Positions 17,761 to 28,026 of a stretch of DNA of 64,000 nt are shown here, piece by piece. The notes under the pieces are model-generated. The model had not been told where the DNA came from. It did not search any database and saw only the letters and a program-made list of their open reading frames with translations. The position numbers were made by a program, and so were the translations under genes. Numbering within the stretch: the first letter of the stretch is position 1; each line of letters begins with the position of its first letter. Source of the stretch: Escherichia phage rV5_ev147. The stretch lies in sequence record LR597647. One strand, given 5' to 3'.

Positions 17761-20072
17761 TCACCAAGGTAATTAAAAGCAACGGATGTGAAGTGGCATT
17801 CGATCCAGAACGTTTAAATAAGGCAGCTATTTTCGGTGACGATGGTAACGGCAATTGGTCACATATTGCACTGGATGCCTACAAGCGGTTGTATGATGGA
17901 TGTACAACCAAAGAAGTTAACCAAGCTATTATAGACTCTTGTGTTAGCCGTAAAGACGAAGCACATTCCCGTATGGCTGGTCGTGTTCTTATTGGTCAGA
18001 TCTATAAAGAGGCTTTTGGAGGGTTTACAAAGATCCCTTCCTTACCATCATTTTACAATGACATGGTTGAGAAAGGTTATTGGGAGGATATGGGTTATAG
18101 CTTTACCGAGCTAAACACTTTAGACGCTGTTATTGACCACAGTAAAGATCTCGGTTATGGCTATGCAGTCCTTAAACAGTTTCGCGACAAATACGGGATC
18201 AAGGATACTCTTAAAGACACCTTGTTTGAATCTCCCCAGATGATGTTTATGGGGATAGCAATGGCTGTCATGAAGAATATGCCGAAAGAACGTCGTATCA
18301 ACGATGTTGTAAAATTATACACTTATCTGTCCGACTTAAAGATCAATGCCCCAACACCGTACTTAAACGGGCTGCGCACAGGTAAGACAGGGTATGCATC
18401 TTGTTGTGTAATAAAAGCTGACGATACAGCAAAATCTATTGGTGTGGCACGTGAAGTTGCGTACACAATGACGGTTAACCAAGCAGGTATCGGCTACTAC
18501 TTATCCTCAAGATCTGCAGGCGATGGTGTTCGTGGTAACACTATTAAACATATGGGTAAGATTCCATATTATCGAGGTATTGATGCTGGGGTTAAGGAGA
18601 ACAGACAACAATCACGTGGTGGTTCTGCAACAGTATCATTCCTTGCACTGGACCCGCAGATTGATGAGCTAATCCGTTTGAGAAACCCTATGACTGTTGC
18701 TTCAAAAAGAATCAACACCATGGACTACTCCATCGGTATTAATAGGTCGTTTATCAACCGTGTGGCTAAGAATTTAGATTGGATGCTTGTTTCTTATAAG
18801 CACGCGCCTCAACTGCATGAGGGTATCTTCACCATGTCTATGGAGGAGTTTGATGCAGAGGTTGATCGTATTGCTAAAGATGACAGTATTCCTAAAACAT
18901 GGATCCGAGCTAGAGATCTTGCTGTTGAACTGATCACGCAGCGCACTGAGGTGGGAAGGCTGTACGTATACTGGACAGATGAGATGAATAGACATACACC
19001 TTTTAAAGATGTGATCTATTCAAGTAACCTGTGTGCAGAAATAGCCCTCCCGACAAAAGGCTATTCAGATATGCGTAATATCTTCAAGTACGATGCTGAT
19101 GATGGAGAGGTTGCATTGTGCTTCCTGTCATCTCTTGTAGCTGGAAGGGTTACTCCAGAGGAGTATGAGGATGTTGCATACTACACGGTGCTTATGATTG
19201 ACAATGTTATGGAAATCATGACATATCCGTATGAAAATATGGAAAGCACAGTTAAAAAACGCAGATCCATCGGGGTTGGCCTTACCAATGTTGCACATTT
19301 TATTGCCAGCCACAAGGTTACTTACGGGTCTCCTGAAAGTAAACAGCTCGTTCACGATCTTGCAGAACTTCACAGCTACAGCTTGCATAAGGCAAGTTTA
19401 CGGTTGGCAAAAGAGCGTGGTGTCTGCGAGTGGATGCATAAAACAAAATATCCAGAAGGTTGGTTACCAATCGACACCTATAACAAAGAGGTCGATAGCG
19501 TGGTGAAAGATCCTTCTCTTAAACAGGATTGGGAAGGGTTACGTAAAGAAATCATTGAGAATGGTGGGCTACGTAATAGCGTTCTTGAAGCATATATGCC
19601 TAATGAAAGCTCTTCGCTGGCAACAAACACCACTAACGGGGTTTATCCTGTCCGTGAGCACATTATCTTTAAAAAGTCGCCACAAGGGCAGGTGCTGTTT
19701 ATCGTTCCTGACTATGATGAGTTGAAAGAGTATTACACCTCGGCTTGGGACGTTGATACTAACGACATGATCGATATGTATGCCGTGATTCAAAAATTCA
19801 CAGGTCAGGCAATCAGCGCGGATTTATACATAGACTACACCAAGTTGAAAGATGGTAAAATTTCAATGAAGGAGCAGTTAGGGTACCTTATCCGTGCCAC
19901 TAAATTCGGGATGAAGACATGGTATTATTTAAACTCTAGGGTTGGTGCTGGTGACTCCTTGGCAGAGGAACTTCATGCCAAGAAACAGGCTGAAGATGAA
20001 ACCAGAAAGAACTATCCTTTGATTGCAGATAGTTCAGTTGAAGATCCGTATTGCGAAAGCTGTGCACTATAA
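17757..20072 (+). CDS. nrdA: Ribonucleotide reductase class Ia large subunit
   Basis: 771 aa; ATP-cone-like N-terminus (VIKSNGCEVAFDPERL), C-terminal Cys pair CESCAL; TTG start after GGAGG. Confidence 0.85.
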   Translation: MITKVIKSNGCEVAFDPERLNKAAIFGDDGNGNWSHIALDAYKRLYDGCTTKEVNQAIIDSCVSRKDEAHSRMAGRVLIGQIYKEAFGGFTKIPSLPSFYNDMVEKGYWEDMGYSFTELNTLDAVIDHSKDLGYGYAVLKQFRDKYGIKDTLKDTLFESPQMMFMGIAMAVMKNMPKERRINDVVKLYTYLSDLKINAPTPYLNGLRTGKTGYASCCVIKADDTAKSIGVAREVAYTMTVNQAGIGYYLSSRSAGDGVRGNTIKHMGKIPYYRGIDAGVKENRQQSRGGSATVSFLALDPQIDELIRLRNPMTVASKRINTMDYSIGINRSFINRVAKNLDWMLVSYKHAPQLHEGIFTMSMEEFDAEVDRIAKDDSIPKTWIRARDLAVELITQRTEVGRLYVYWTDEMNRHTPFKDVIYSSNLCAEIALPTKGYSDMRNIFKYDADDGEVALCFLSSLVAGRVTPEEYEDVAYYTVLMIDNVMEIMTYPYENMESTVKKRRSIGVGLTNVAHFIASHKVTYGSPESKQLVHDLAELHSYSLHKASLRLAKERGVCEWMHKTKYPEGWLPIDTYNKEVDSVVKDPSLKQDWEGLRKEIIENGGLRNSVLEAYMPNESSSLATNTTNGVYPVREHIIFKKSPQGQVLFIVPDYDELKEYYTSAWDVDTNDMIDMYAVIQKFTGQAISADLYIDYTKLKDGKISMKEQLGYLIRATKFGMKTWYYLNSRVGAGDSLAEELHAKKQAEDETRKNYPLIADSSVEDPYCESCAL

Positions 20073-20079
20073 TTTTAAA

Positions 20080-20099
20080 GGGGCTTCGGCCCCATTTTA
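20080..20099 (+). terminator. Possible attenuating terminator between nrdA and nrdB
   Basis: GGGGC-ttcg-GCCCC followed by ATTTTAG. Confidence 0.35.
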
Positions 20100-20110
20100 G
20101 AGGTAGAATA

Positions 20111-21199
20111 ATGGCTGTATTTAATGCTGAGAACACCGCTCATAAAACTGGTGACTATCCGCTGTTTCTGGGACAGCAAATGGGTATGTACGACTCTATC
20201 AACAAAAAATATCCACAACTGTTTGAACTATACAAAAAACAAAAAGAGCAAGATTGGGCAGAGGATGAAGTGGATTTGTCGCAATCTATTTCAGATTTTG
20301 TAACATGCTCAAAGTCAACTTATGACGTGATGGTGCAGACCTTGATGTGGCAATGGGAGGCTGATAGCGTTGCGGCAAGATCGATCATCTGCCTCTTTTC
20401 ACCATTCATCACTAATAGTGAGCTTTTCACTTTATTGATGAAACAGTCAGAGATTGAAGTTCTTCACGCACTAACTTACTCAGAGATTGTTAGACAATGC
20501 CTCCCCAATGCCCGTGAGATTATAGAAGAGATTCAGGAAAACCAAAACGTTCTGAGCAGATCCGGCGTTATTGTCAAATACATGCAAGAGCTTGAGGTTA
20601 TTGGTGCAAAATACCGCCTGGATCCTTCTAGTGTTGAAGAAGATATTGTGCGGAAATGCATTCTTAGAGCGCTTTTTGCGCTTTTAGCTCTGGAAAGTAT
20701 TGAGTTTATTGCAAGTTTTGCATGCACTTTCGCAGTAGCTGAACAGGGTATCTTTGTTCAGGTGGCGCAGCTTGTTCAAAAAATCATGCTTGACGAAATG
20801 CTACATTCGAAAGGTGATTTTGCCATCATTGATATCTTGCTTAATGATCCCGCATGGGAGAAAAGCTTCCTTGAGATAAAGGGGGAGTTAAAAGAGATTC
20901 TTGATGAAGTACGAACCAAAGAGTACGGTTGGAGTGACTATATTTTCAGCGAAGGAAGAGCGATTATAGGTCTTAACTCACCGTTGCTTAAAGAGTGGGT
21001 TGACTATAACTGCTCACCGATTTATGATTACTACGACATCGACAAAGACTTTGTGCCGCCAACAAAGGACCCGCTACCGTTTATGCAGGTGTGGATGAAA
21101 CCTTCATTACAACAGACGGCGAACCAAGAAATGTCGAACACTGACTACCGCGTCAACACAACTGTTAACGACGCTGAAGAAGAAATTTGGGAGTTTTAA
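20111..21199 (+). CDS. nrdB: Ribonucleotide reductase class Ia small subunit
   Basis: Start refined to ATG 20111; size and position after nrdA; ferritin-like E/H-rich helices. Confidence 0.75.
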   Translation: MAVFNAENTAHKTGDYPLFLGQQMGMYDSINKKYPQLFELYKKQKEQDWAEDEVDLSQSISDFVTCSKSTYDVMVQTLMWQWEADSVAARSIICLFSPFITNSELFTLLMKQSEIEVLHALTYSEIVRQCLPNAREIIEEIQENQNVLSRSGVIVKYMQELEVIGAKYRLDPSSVEEDIVRKCILRALFALLALESIEFIASFACTFAVAEQGIFVQVAQLVQKIMLDEMLHSKGDFAIIDILLNDPAWEKSFLEIKGELKEILDEVRTKEYGWSDYIFSEGRAIIGLNSPLLKEWVDYNCSPIYDYYDIDKDFVPPTKDPLPFMQVWMKPSLQQTANQEMSNTDYRVNTTVNDAEEEIWEF

Positions 21200-21202
21200 T
21201 AT

Positions 21203-21481
21203 ATGAGCTGCGAAAAATCTTTTTTCATCATCATTTACGGTAAGGATAACTGCCCACATTGTGTCAGAGCAAAAGAATTTGCAATCAGCAAAGGTCTGCC
21301 TTTTGTATATAAGACACTTGGCGAGGGCTACACAAAAGAAGAGCTTATTGAGAAGTGCAGTCCAATTGTCCCCAGAACGTTGCCGCAGATCTTCTTAGAA
21401 AGCGATCTTGACAGTGTCCATATAGGCGGTGCCGACGATTTCATCTCTTTTGTTAAGAATGGTTTTGGAGAGAAAAAGTGA
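21203..21481 (+). CDS. Glutaredoxin/NrdH-like redoxin
   Basis: CPHC active site near N-terminus; 92 aa between nrdB and nrdD. Confidence 0.6.
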   Translation: MSCEKSFFIIIYGKDNCPHCVRAKEFAISKGLPFVYKTLGEGYTKEELIEKCSPIVPRTLPQIFLESDLDSVHIGGADDFISFVKNGFGEKK

Positions 21482-23601
21482 AAGTTGTAAAACGGGACGG
21501 TAGAGAAGAGTTCTATAACGGAATTAAGGTGATCAAGGCGGCAGAGTCCGCCTTACTTGAGTCTGGACATACTGAAGAAGAAGCTTACCGGATCGCCTGC
21601 GCGGTTAATGAAGTTGTTGCTAACAATCTACCAACCGACCAGTGCACGATCTCTGTAAAAAATATCCATATCCTTGTTGAAGATGCTCTTATGGATATGG
21701 GTTTAAAATGTGCAGCCAGAGAATACATCCAGTATAGACAGACAAGAGATAATAACAGAGAGGCAGGTGGAAAACTGCTTGCAGATATTAGTGGCTTCTT
21801 GGATCGAACTTGTGATGAATTTACAAAAGAAAACGCAAATAAGCCTACTAATCATGTACACACTCATCGCGACCTGCTTGCAGGTATTCTTAGCAAACAC
21901 CTTGCATCAACACAGATCCTGCCAGACCGTGTCTCCGAAGAGCACAATAAAGGATTCATCCATGTGCATGATCTTGACTACTTGATCAGTCCGTTAACAA
22001 ACTGTTGTTTGGTAAATTATCCAGATATGTTGGAAAACGGATTCAACATTGGTAACGCCCATGTCAGTAAGCCGAAGTCAATAGGGGTTGCAACAACAAT
22101 CCTTAGCCAAATCTCTAGTGCGGTAGCTAGTGCTCAATATGGTGGTCAGACTATGAGCCATATTGATCATTATCTGGCACAGTATGCTGAAGCAACCTAT
22201 GAGAAGAACCTTAAATTTTGCCAGGAACATTGGTTGCCGGATGCTGAAACTGTTGCAATGCAAATGACAGATAAAGACGTATTTGACAGCATGCAGACTT
22301 TGCTCTATCAAATCAACACGTTAACTTCTGTCAACGGGCAAACTCCATTCATCACATTGAGTTTAGGACTGGATACCTCGGTCTTTGGTAGAATGATTAC
22401 CAAAAACTACCTGAAAGTCCACAAAATGGGTCTTGGTGAAGAACGTATCACACCTGTGTTCCCTAAAGTGCTGTTCTTCCTGGAAGAGGGTGTCAACATG
22501 AACCCTGGGGATCCTAACTATGATTTGAAACGATTAGCTCTGGAATGCTGTGCAGAACGTATCTATCCTGACTTCGTATCTGTACCACTAAATAGAAAAG
22601 TGACAGGCTCGACAGATGGCAAAGTAACTAGCATGGGTTGCAGGAGTTTTCTTAGCAAATACAATGACTTGGAAACAGGCGAGGAGAAATACCTTGGCAG
22701 ATTTAACTTAGGCGTTGTTAGCCTTAACCTGCCAATGATTGCGGCAAAAGCCAAGACGGAAGGTGTTGATTTCTTTGCAGTTCTTGACGAATACTTGGAT
22801 CTTGCATACGAGGCTCACCTTGTAAGGGTTAATCGTCTAAAAGGAACAAAGGCAGGGCAGAACCCCATCATGTGGTGTGAAGGCGCTCTTGCTCGCCTGG
22901 ATCCTGAAGAGAGTATTGATAAACTCTTCTATGACGGGTACGCTTCCATCAGTATTGGGTATATCGGTGTGTATGAAACCTGTCAGATTTTGGGCAGAGA
23001 GGGTGACAAGGCTTTAGCTCTTGGAATCCTTCAGCACATGAGAGATGCTTGTGAGCGATACAAGAAGGAAAGTAGACTAGCATTTAGCTTGTACGGCACT
23101 CCTTCTGAGAGTCTATGCTATAAAGCTGCAACCTGTCTGGATCGTGAATATCCGGAAGTGTTGAAGCACGAGCATGAATATCTCACCAACAGTTTCCATC
23201 AGCCAGTATGGATAAATAGCTCTCCTTTTGATAAGTGGGAGTATGAGGAAGGTTTTGCTATGATCTCCTCTGGTGGCAACATCGGATACGTAGAAACACC
23301 TAACCTGAAAAACAACCTAGATGCTTTAGAGGCTCTTGTTGACTTCGGGTATAAACACATTATGTATTTTGGTATTAACCAACCTGTGGATAAATGTCTC
23401 AAGTGTGGTTTCTCTGGTGAGTTCAGTGCAACAGCTAAAGGCTTTGTATGCCCAGAGTGTGGAAACCATGAAGAGGGAACGATCAGTGTAATTCGACGTG
23501 TGTCTGGATACCTTTCCAGTCCTAACTCCCGTCCTTACAATAAAGGTAAGCAAGCGGAAGTTATCGAGCGAGTTAAGCACTACGGAAGTTGTGGTTGCTG
23601 A
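21478..23601 (+). CDS. nrdD: Anaerobic ribonucleoside-triphosphate reductase (class III)
   Basis: 707 aa; C-terminal zinc ribbon CLKCG...CPECG and glycyl-radical motif RRVSGYL; GTG start after GGAGAG. Confidence 0.85.
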   Translation: MKVVKRDGREEFYNGIKVIKAAESALLESGHTEEEAYRIACAVNEVVANNLPTDQCTISVKNIHILVEDALMDMGLKCAAREYIQYRQTRDNNREAGGKLLADISGFLDRTCDEFTKENANKPTNHVHTHRDLLAGILSKHLASTQILPDRVSEEHNKGFIHVHDLDYLISPLTNCCLVNYPDMLENGFNIGNAHVSKPKSIGVATTILSQISSAVASAQYGGQTMSHIDHYLAQYAEATYEKNLKFCQEHWLPDAETVAMQMTDKDVFDSMQTLLYQINTLTSVNGQTPFITLSLGLDTSVFGRMITKNYLKVHKMGLGEERITPVFPKVLFFLEEGVNMNPGDPNYDLKRLALECCAERIYPDFVSVPLNRKVTGSTDGKVTSMGCRSFLSKYNDLETGEEKYLGRFNLGVVSLNLPMIAAKAKTEGVDFFAVLDEYLDLAYEAHLVRVNRLKGTKAGQNPIMWCEGALARLDPEESIDKLFYDGYASISIGYIGVYETCQILGREGDKALALGILQHMRDACERYKKESRLAFSLYGTPSESLCYKAATCLDREYPEVLKHEHEYLTNSFHQPVWINSSPFDKWEYEEGFAMISSGGNIGYVETPNLKNNLDALEALVDFGYKHIMYFGINQPVDKCLKCGFSGEFSATAKGFVCPECGNHEEGTISVIRRVSGYLSSPNSRPYNKGKQAEVIERVKHYGSCGC

Positions 23602-23604
23602 TTC

Positions 23605-23636
23605 TTGACAAAAGCCACAAGGATGTGGCATATTAT
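23605..23636 (+). promoter_or_regulatory. Sigma70-type promoter
   Basis: TTGACA (23605-23610) and TATTAT (23631-23636); spacer about 20 bp, so alignment uncertain. Confidence 0.35.
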
Positions 23637-23664
23637 TGACACACAGTGAGCTAGGAGGTGCAGT

Positions 23665-23781
23665 ATGTCATCAGGTATTTATAAAATTTGCAAGTGCGGC
23701 TGTAGTTGTAATCTTCGTTGGTGCAAGGCACTAGACGATTTTATTTGGCATTGCCCTAAATGTGATGCGGAGTATCTATGA
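23665..23781 (+). CDS. Small Cys-rich zinc-ribbon protein (38 aa)
   Basis: ATG 23665 after AGGAGGTG; CKCGCSC...CPKC; stop overlaps nrdG start (ATGA); below the ORF-track size cutoff. Confidence 0.4.
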   Translation: MSSGIYKICKCGCSCNLRWCKALDDFIWHCPKCDAEYL

Positions 23782-24251
23782 ACATTGCTGGATACACAGA
23801 AATATCTTACACCGAAGGACCAGGTATTAGAACTGCCTTGTGGGTATCTGGGTGCCCACACGCTTGCCCTGGTTGCTTTAATCAGGCATTTTGGTCAAAA
23901 GATAAGGGGAGGAAGTTCACTGAAGAAGACTTGCAAAAAATCTTGTCAGATTTAGATAACCCGTCTGTGTGCGGTATCTCTCTACTGGGTGGAGAACCCT
24001 TAGCATACTATAATGAGCCAGATATTATTAGCCTGATGGAGAAAATTAAGGAAAAATTTGGTGACAAGAAAACTATTCTTGTATATACTGGGTTCACATT
24101 TGACCATATCTCTAGTGATGTTCTTAAACTGGCTGATATCATCATTGACGGTAAGTATGTAAAAGATTTACCAACCAAGAAACCGTTCCGAGGCAGTGAT
24201 AACCAAAGAATGTTTAAAAAAGTATCAGGCGGTTGGGTTCAGGTAGACTAG
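23778..24251 (+). CDS. nrdG: Anaerobic RNR activating enzyme (radical SAM)
   Basis: CPHACPGC radical-SAM cluster motif; directly follows nrdD. Confidence 0.8.
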   Translation: MNIAGYTEISYTEGPGIRTALWVSGCPHACPGCFNQAFWSKDKGRKFTEEDLQKILSDLDNPSVCGISLLGGEPLAYYNEPDIISLMEKIKEKFGDKKTILVYTGFTFDHISSDVLKLADIIIDGKYVKDLPTKKPFRGSDNQRMFKKVSGGWVQVD

Positions 24252-24254
24252 TTG

Positions 24255-24284
24255 TTGACAAAGCTTTGTTGAGTTGGTTATAAT
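24255..24284 (+). promoter_or_regulatory. Sigma70-type promoter
   Basis: TTGACA (24255-24260), 18-bp spacer, TATAAT (24279-24284). Confidence 0.55.
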
Positions 24285-24423
24285 TGCCGTAATGAAAGCA
24301 GAGGAGGTGCCAAATGGCTAAAAAAGCCTTGAAGAAGGCGTACAAGAAAGAGATTGCGCTTGAGCTTAAGAAAAAACACAAGCGTGAAAAGAAACATCAT
24401 GAAGATGAAGAGGGGGTGCAACA

Positions 24424-24774
24424 GTGACACAAGAACGTATCGATTTGGCTAATAAGTTTGTAGATCTCATTTTGCCACGGTTAGTTACTCAACATGCAGA
24501 TGCTATTTCTACTAATCTTGATGGCTTACGCCTAATGCTGAATCGCACAGATGACCCTCGTATTCGGGCTGATTTAGAAGCCTCTGCCAACAAACTGGAA
24601 AAGTTCTTGCAAGTAGACACGCAAGAAGCCTTGCACAAGATTATGGTGGAAGGTTTCTCTAAAGAATTTACCATTAAAGAGCTTAAGGAGCTGATCCACC
24701 AAGAAGAGATGAATATCCGAGTTCAGGCTGTTGCAAGCAGCATGGAAGCGGCTATTGAAAAACTGTTGCAGTAA
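24424..24774 (+). CDS. Hypothetical protein
   Basis: 116-aa ORF; a short Lys-rich ORF (24313-24426) lies just upstream. Confidence 0.4.
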   Translation: MTQERIDLANKFVDLILPRLVTQHADAISTNLDGLRLMLNRTDDPRIRADLEASANKLEKFLQVDTQEALHKIMVEGFSKEFTIKELKELIHQEEMNIRVQAVASSMEAAIEKLLQ

Positions 24775-24812
24775 AAGTACTTGGCACATCTCAATCTGAA
24801 AGGAGTCCCAAC

Positions 24813-25601
24813 ATGGGTCGAGCTAAAGAAACAAAACGCATGCGTGATGAAGCTAGAGAGGCTCGCAAATCTGATCGCCTGCGTAAGGCTGCTGAGAAAT
24901 TTGCTGACGAAAGAGAGCACACCGCTCCAGCTCTCCGACCAATGAATAAGAAGCAGCAAAAGTATCTTGATTATCTAGGGTCACGTAAGATTATTATTGT
25001 AAACGGTGTGTTTGGATCCGGTAAGACATTCATGGCATCTGCATATGCAGGTGATCTTCTGCGTAAGAACGAGATTGATAAGATTATTGTTGCACGTCCT
25101 TACGTTCAGACAGGAAAGACTTCAGGATTTAAACCTGGAAATGCAATGCAGAAACTGTGGCCCTATCTTCGAAGCATGATGGACACGATTTGTCGTCGTG
25201 TTGGCAAAGGTGCTTTTGCCGCAATGCTGGGAGACGGTCAGAACAGCCGTATCGAGATTTGTGAAGTTGAAAGCATTCGTGGTCGTAGTTTCGATGAGCG
25301 ATGCTTTGTCCTGATTGACGAGGCACAGCAAACTAACCCTGAAGAAATGTTGTCAATTATCACAAGGATCTCTGATCAAGCCACCCTTGTAATTATGGGT
25401 GATAATAGCCAACGTGACATCCCTGGTAAATCTGGCCTTGCATGGGTGACGGATTTCTTTACTCGTCATCCAGATCCTGAGGTTGGAATGATCAGCTTTG
25501 ATAGTCCAGACGATGTCGTTCGTTCTGGGTTGGGTCGTCAGATCGCACTCAATCTTATTGAGGATCGTGCAAATCATATTTGGACCCCTGTTTCCGAGTA
25601 A
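24813..25601 (+). CDS. phoH: PhoH-like ATPase
   Basis: Walker A GVFGSGKTFMA, DEAQ Walker B-like box; AGGAG SD. Confidence 0.8.
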   Translation: MGRAKETKRMRDEAREARKSDRLRKAAEKFADEREHTAPALRPMNKKQQKYLDYLGSRKIIIVNGVFGSGKTFMASAYAGDLLRKNEIDKIIVARPYVQTGKTSGFKPGNAMQKLWPYLRSMMDTICRRVGKGAFAAMLGDGQNSRIEICEVESIRGRSFDERCFVLIDEAQQTNPEEMLSIITRISDQATLVIMGDNSQRDIPGKSGLAWVTDFFTRHPDPEVGMISFDSPDDVVRSGLGRQIALNLIEDRANHIWTPVSE

Positions 25602-25645
25602 TACAGAAGGGTGGTTATTCCACCCTTAAATATCTAAAACAGTTG

Positions 25646-25674
25646 TTGACAAATAGGTAAGCTTTAGATATTAT
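25646..25674 (+). promoter_or_regulatory. Sigma70-type promoter
   Basis: TTGACA (25646-25651), 17-bp spacer, TATTAT (25669-25674). Confidence 0.5.
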
Positions 25675-25702
25675 TATCGGACAAAACAGAGAGAAGGACA
25701 GT

Positions 25703-26014
25703 ATGGCTACAATACAAGAGAAACTGAATAAAATATACTGCCTGTTTGTCTATAACGGCGAGACAATTTTGGCAAATAAGGGATCCAAGAATGTGTGGAC
25801 CAAGGACAGCGGTGGTAATATAATTAACTTAGCGTTGCTACGTGAGCGCCGACACAGATTCTTTATCGAGTCTCGAATTATTGAAAGCAGCACTTGCTAC
25901 AGAACAGGCGATAAAGTAATTGTTGACAATGATACGTGGTATGTGGTAGACTGGCAATCATCGAGTTGTGATGCTTCTGACAATCGTAAGTATTCCATAG
26001 TGATTGCTAAATAA
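25703..26014 (+). CDS. Hypothetical protein
   Basis: 103-aa ORF downstream of predicted promoter. Confidence 0.4.
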   Translation: MATIQEKLNKIYCLFVYNGETILANKGSKNVWTKDSGGNIINLALLRERRHRFFIESRIIESSTCYRTGDKVIVDNDTWYVVDWQSSSCDASDNRKYSIVIAK

Positions 26015-26074
26015 AGGTAAATGTGAATCAGGTTTAAATAAATAGCTTTCAACTTCCAATATTAAGGATTTCTC

Positions 26075-27124
26075 ATGAATTTAACACCTCGCAGAACCAT
26101 GGTACACGGCATGAAAGAAAAACAGAACGGTTTCGAACCTATGAGTAATAAAATGTTTGGTATGCCGGGCGGTATCATGGAAACATACAGCTACCCAACA
26201 CCTGTTGTTGACCACGTTCTTTATATCGACGATTTGGAAGACTTACAAGATCATATGTCTCGTCTGCAGACGATCCGTATGGCTCAGCCGGAAGAAAGCA
26301 TTCGGGTGATCATCAATAGCCCTGGGGGTTGCGTGCACATTGCAATGGCTTATCTGCAGGCATTCCGAGAGTCTCAGGCAAGCGTTGTTGCACATGCTGA
26401 AGGGATGTGCTGCTCTGCTGGAACAATCTTATGGCTTGGTTGTAAAGAACGTACTGTGGCTCCGGACACAGAGTTTATGTTCCACTACTATCAAGGTGGC
26501 ACTTATGGTAACGGTGTGAACATGAATACTCAGGTCAGCTACTGGAAAAAACGTTTTGAACGCCTGATCGAAAAATACTACGGTGGGGTGCTGACAGAAG
26601 ATGAGATCGCATCCATCACAGCTGGTGGCGAAGTGTGGTTGGACGGAGAAGAGCTGGCAGCACGCACTGGAGCTATTATTCTGGATGAAGGCAACATACA
26701 ACGCATCCAGAACGGACAAAAACCGAAAAAGCTTCTGGCAAAAGGTGATGAAGAAGGCGTGTTAGGTGAAGCAGGTCTTCCGGAGATTCACCAGTGCACA
26801 TCTTTAGATGAGTTAGTTCATGCTGTTGAATCTGCAAAAGCGGGTGGTTCGAAAGGTGATGTTCACACTGTGTTCCTGAATCTGCAGATGGAAAGTGGCG
26901 AGACCGTCAGAATTGCCCTGAGTGAGATTACTTCAGAAGATCTGCAGAGATTCTCTGTCGTTGAACTTCAGGATATTCTGTCTCAATTGAAGACTACTCT
27001 GAACGGCGGTGAAGAGGTTAAGGTGAAAGATAAGACTCGCAAGCGTCTGGTGGACAATATTATTAAAACAGCAAAAGAGCTCAATGAAAAAATCCTGGGT
27101 GCAGGAATTGTCGAAGAAGCTTAA
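26075..27124 (+). CDS. ClpP-like serine peptidase with C-terminal extension
   Basis: INSPGGCVH and GMCCSAG resemble ClpP active-site regions; 349 aa. Confidence 0.55.
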   Translation: MNLTPRRTMVHGMKEKQNGFEPMSNKMFGMPGGIMETYSYPTPVVDHVLYIDDLEDLQDHMSRLQTIRMAQPEESIRVIINSPGGCVHIAMAYLQAFRESQASVVAHAEGMCCSAGTILWLGCKERTVAPDTEFMFHYYQGGTYGNGVNMNTQVSYWKKRFERLIEKYYGGVLTEDEIASITAGGEVWLDGEELAARTGAIILDEGNIQRIQNGQKPKKLLAKGDEEGVLGEAGLPEIHQCTSLDELVHAVESAKAGGSKGDVHTVFLNLQMESGETVRIALSEITSEDLQRFSVVELQDILSQLKTTLNGGEEVKVKDKTRKRLVDNIIKTAKELNEKILGAGIVEEA

Positions 27125-27136
27125 ACATTAATTCTA

Positions 27137-27161
27137 AAGCCCTCTTCGGAGGGCTTTTATG
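27137..27161 (+). terminator. Rho-independent terminator
   Basis: AAGCCCTC-ttcg-GAGGGCTT followed by TTAT. Confidence 0.55.
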
Positions 27162-27175
27162 ATCTGGAGATTTGC

Positions 27176-27709
27176 ATGACTTGTGCTAGAAAACCTGATG
27201 AACAACGTAACGCCTACGATGAGTATGTGACACCGGAGTGGTGTGCAGAAGGGCTGTATGACCTTATTCCGTTCCCAGAAGACTGGACCTACTTAGAGCC
27301 TTGCAGGAATAGTGCCTCAGGTGTGTTCTACTCCCGTATGCCGTTAGGATCTGCATGGGGAGAAATACAAGAAGGTGTTGACTATCTGAATACAGAATAC
27401 AACCATGTTGACTGTATTATCACCAACCCACCATACAGCCTGGCTCGTGAGTTTGTAGACAAGGCGTTGAAAGATGCTGACGTAGTTATTATGCTTTTGC
27501 GTCTTAATTTTCTGGAAAGCAAAGCCAGATTTGAATGGTGGCTTGATAATGCACCTACTACTGTGATCACAATATCTAAGCGTCCATCATTTCAATCAAA
27601 CGGCAGAACTGACGGGCAAGCATATGCATATTTTGTGTGGGATAAGAAAAACCGTTTAGACTTGCCGCCGTTTATGTGGTTGGCACCCCCAGAGGTAGAC
27701 CTGAAATGA
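27176..27709 (+). CDS. Small phage-type N6-adenine DNA methyltransferase
   Basis: Motif IV ITNPPYS; 177 aa. Confidence 0.5.
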   Translation: MTCARKPDEQRNAYDEYVTPEWCAEGLYDLIPFPEDWTYLEPCRNSASGVFYSRMPLGSAWGEIQEGVDYLNTEYNHVDCIITNPPYSLAREFVDKALKDADVVIMLLRLNFLESKARFEWWLDNAPTTVITISKRPSFQSNGRTDGQAYAYFVWDKKNRLDLPPFMWLAPPEVDLK

Positions 27710-27990
27710 AAATGAGTGCTAAGGACAAATTACACCAGCTAGCGCTAAAACGCCCTGTAACGCTCCCTGACGAGCTTAACTCCATTTATGATGCGATTGT
27801 AGGGGAGATACAAAATAAAGCGTTAGCAGGCTTTCTGGGGTGCGGATTTTCGATAAATCTACCCTCGCATCTCTCAGATTACTTCCCGCACATTGTTGGA
27901 GATTTAAGGGCAGGAGGTCTGCAGGTAGATGTTGTTGGCATCTCCCCAGAGAAAAATAATACGGTTGCCTACTTGACAGTAACCTGGTAG
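27706..27990 (+). CDS. Hypothetical protein
   Basis: Start refined to ATG 27706 (ATGA overlap). Confidence 0.35.
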   Translation: MKMSAKDKLHQLALKRPVTLPDELNSIYDAIVGEIQNKALAGFLGCGFSINLPSHLSDYFPHIVGDLRAGGLQVDVVGISPEKNNTVAYLTVTW

Positions 27991-28026
27991 TTGTGTATTG
28001 TTGTTTTCAACAAGAGGGGGTCATTT

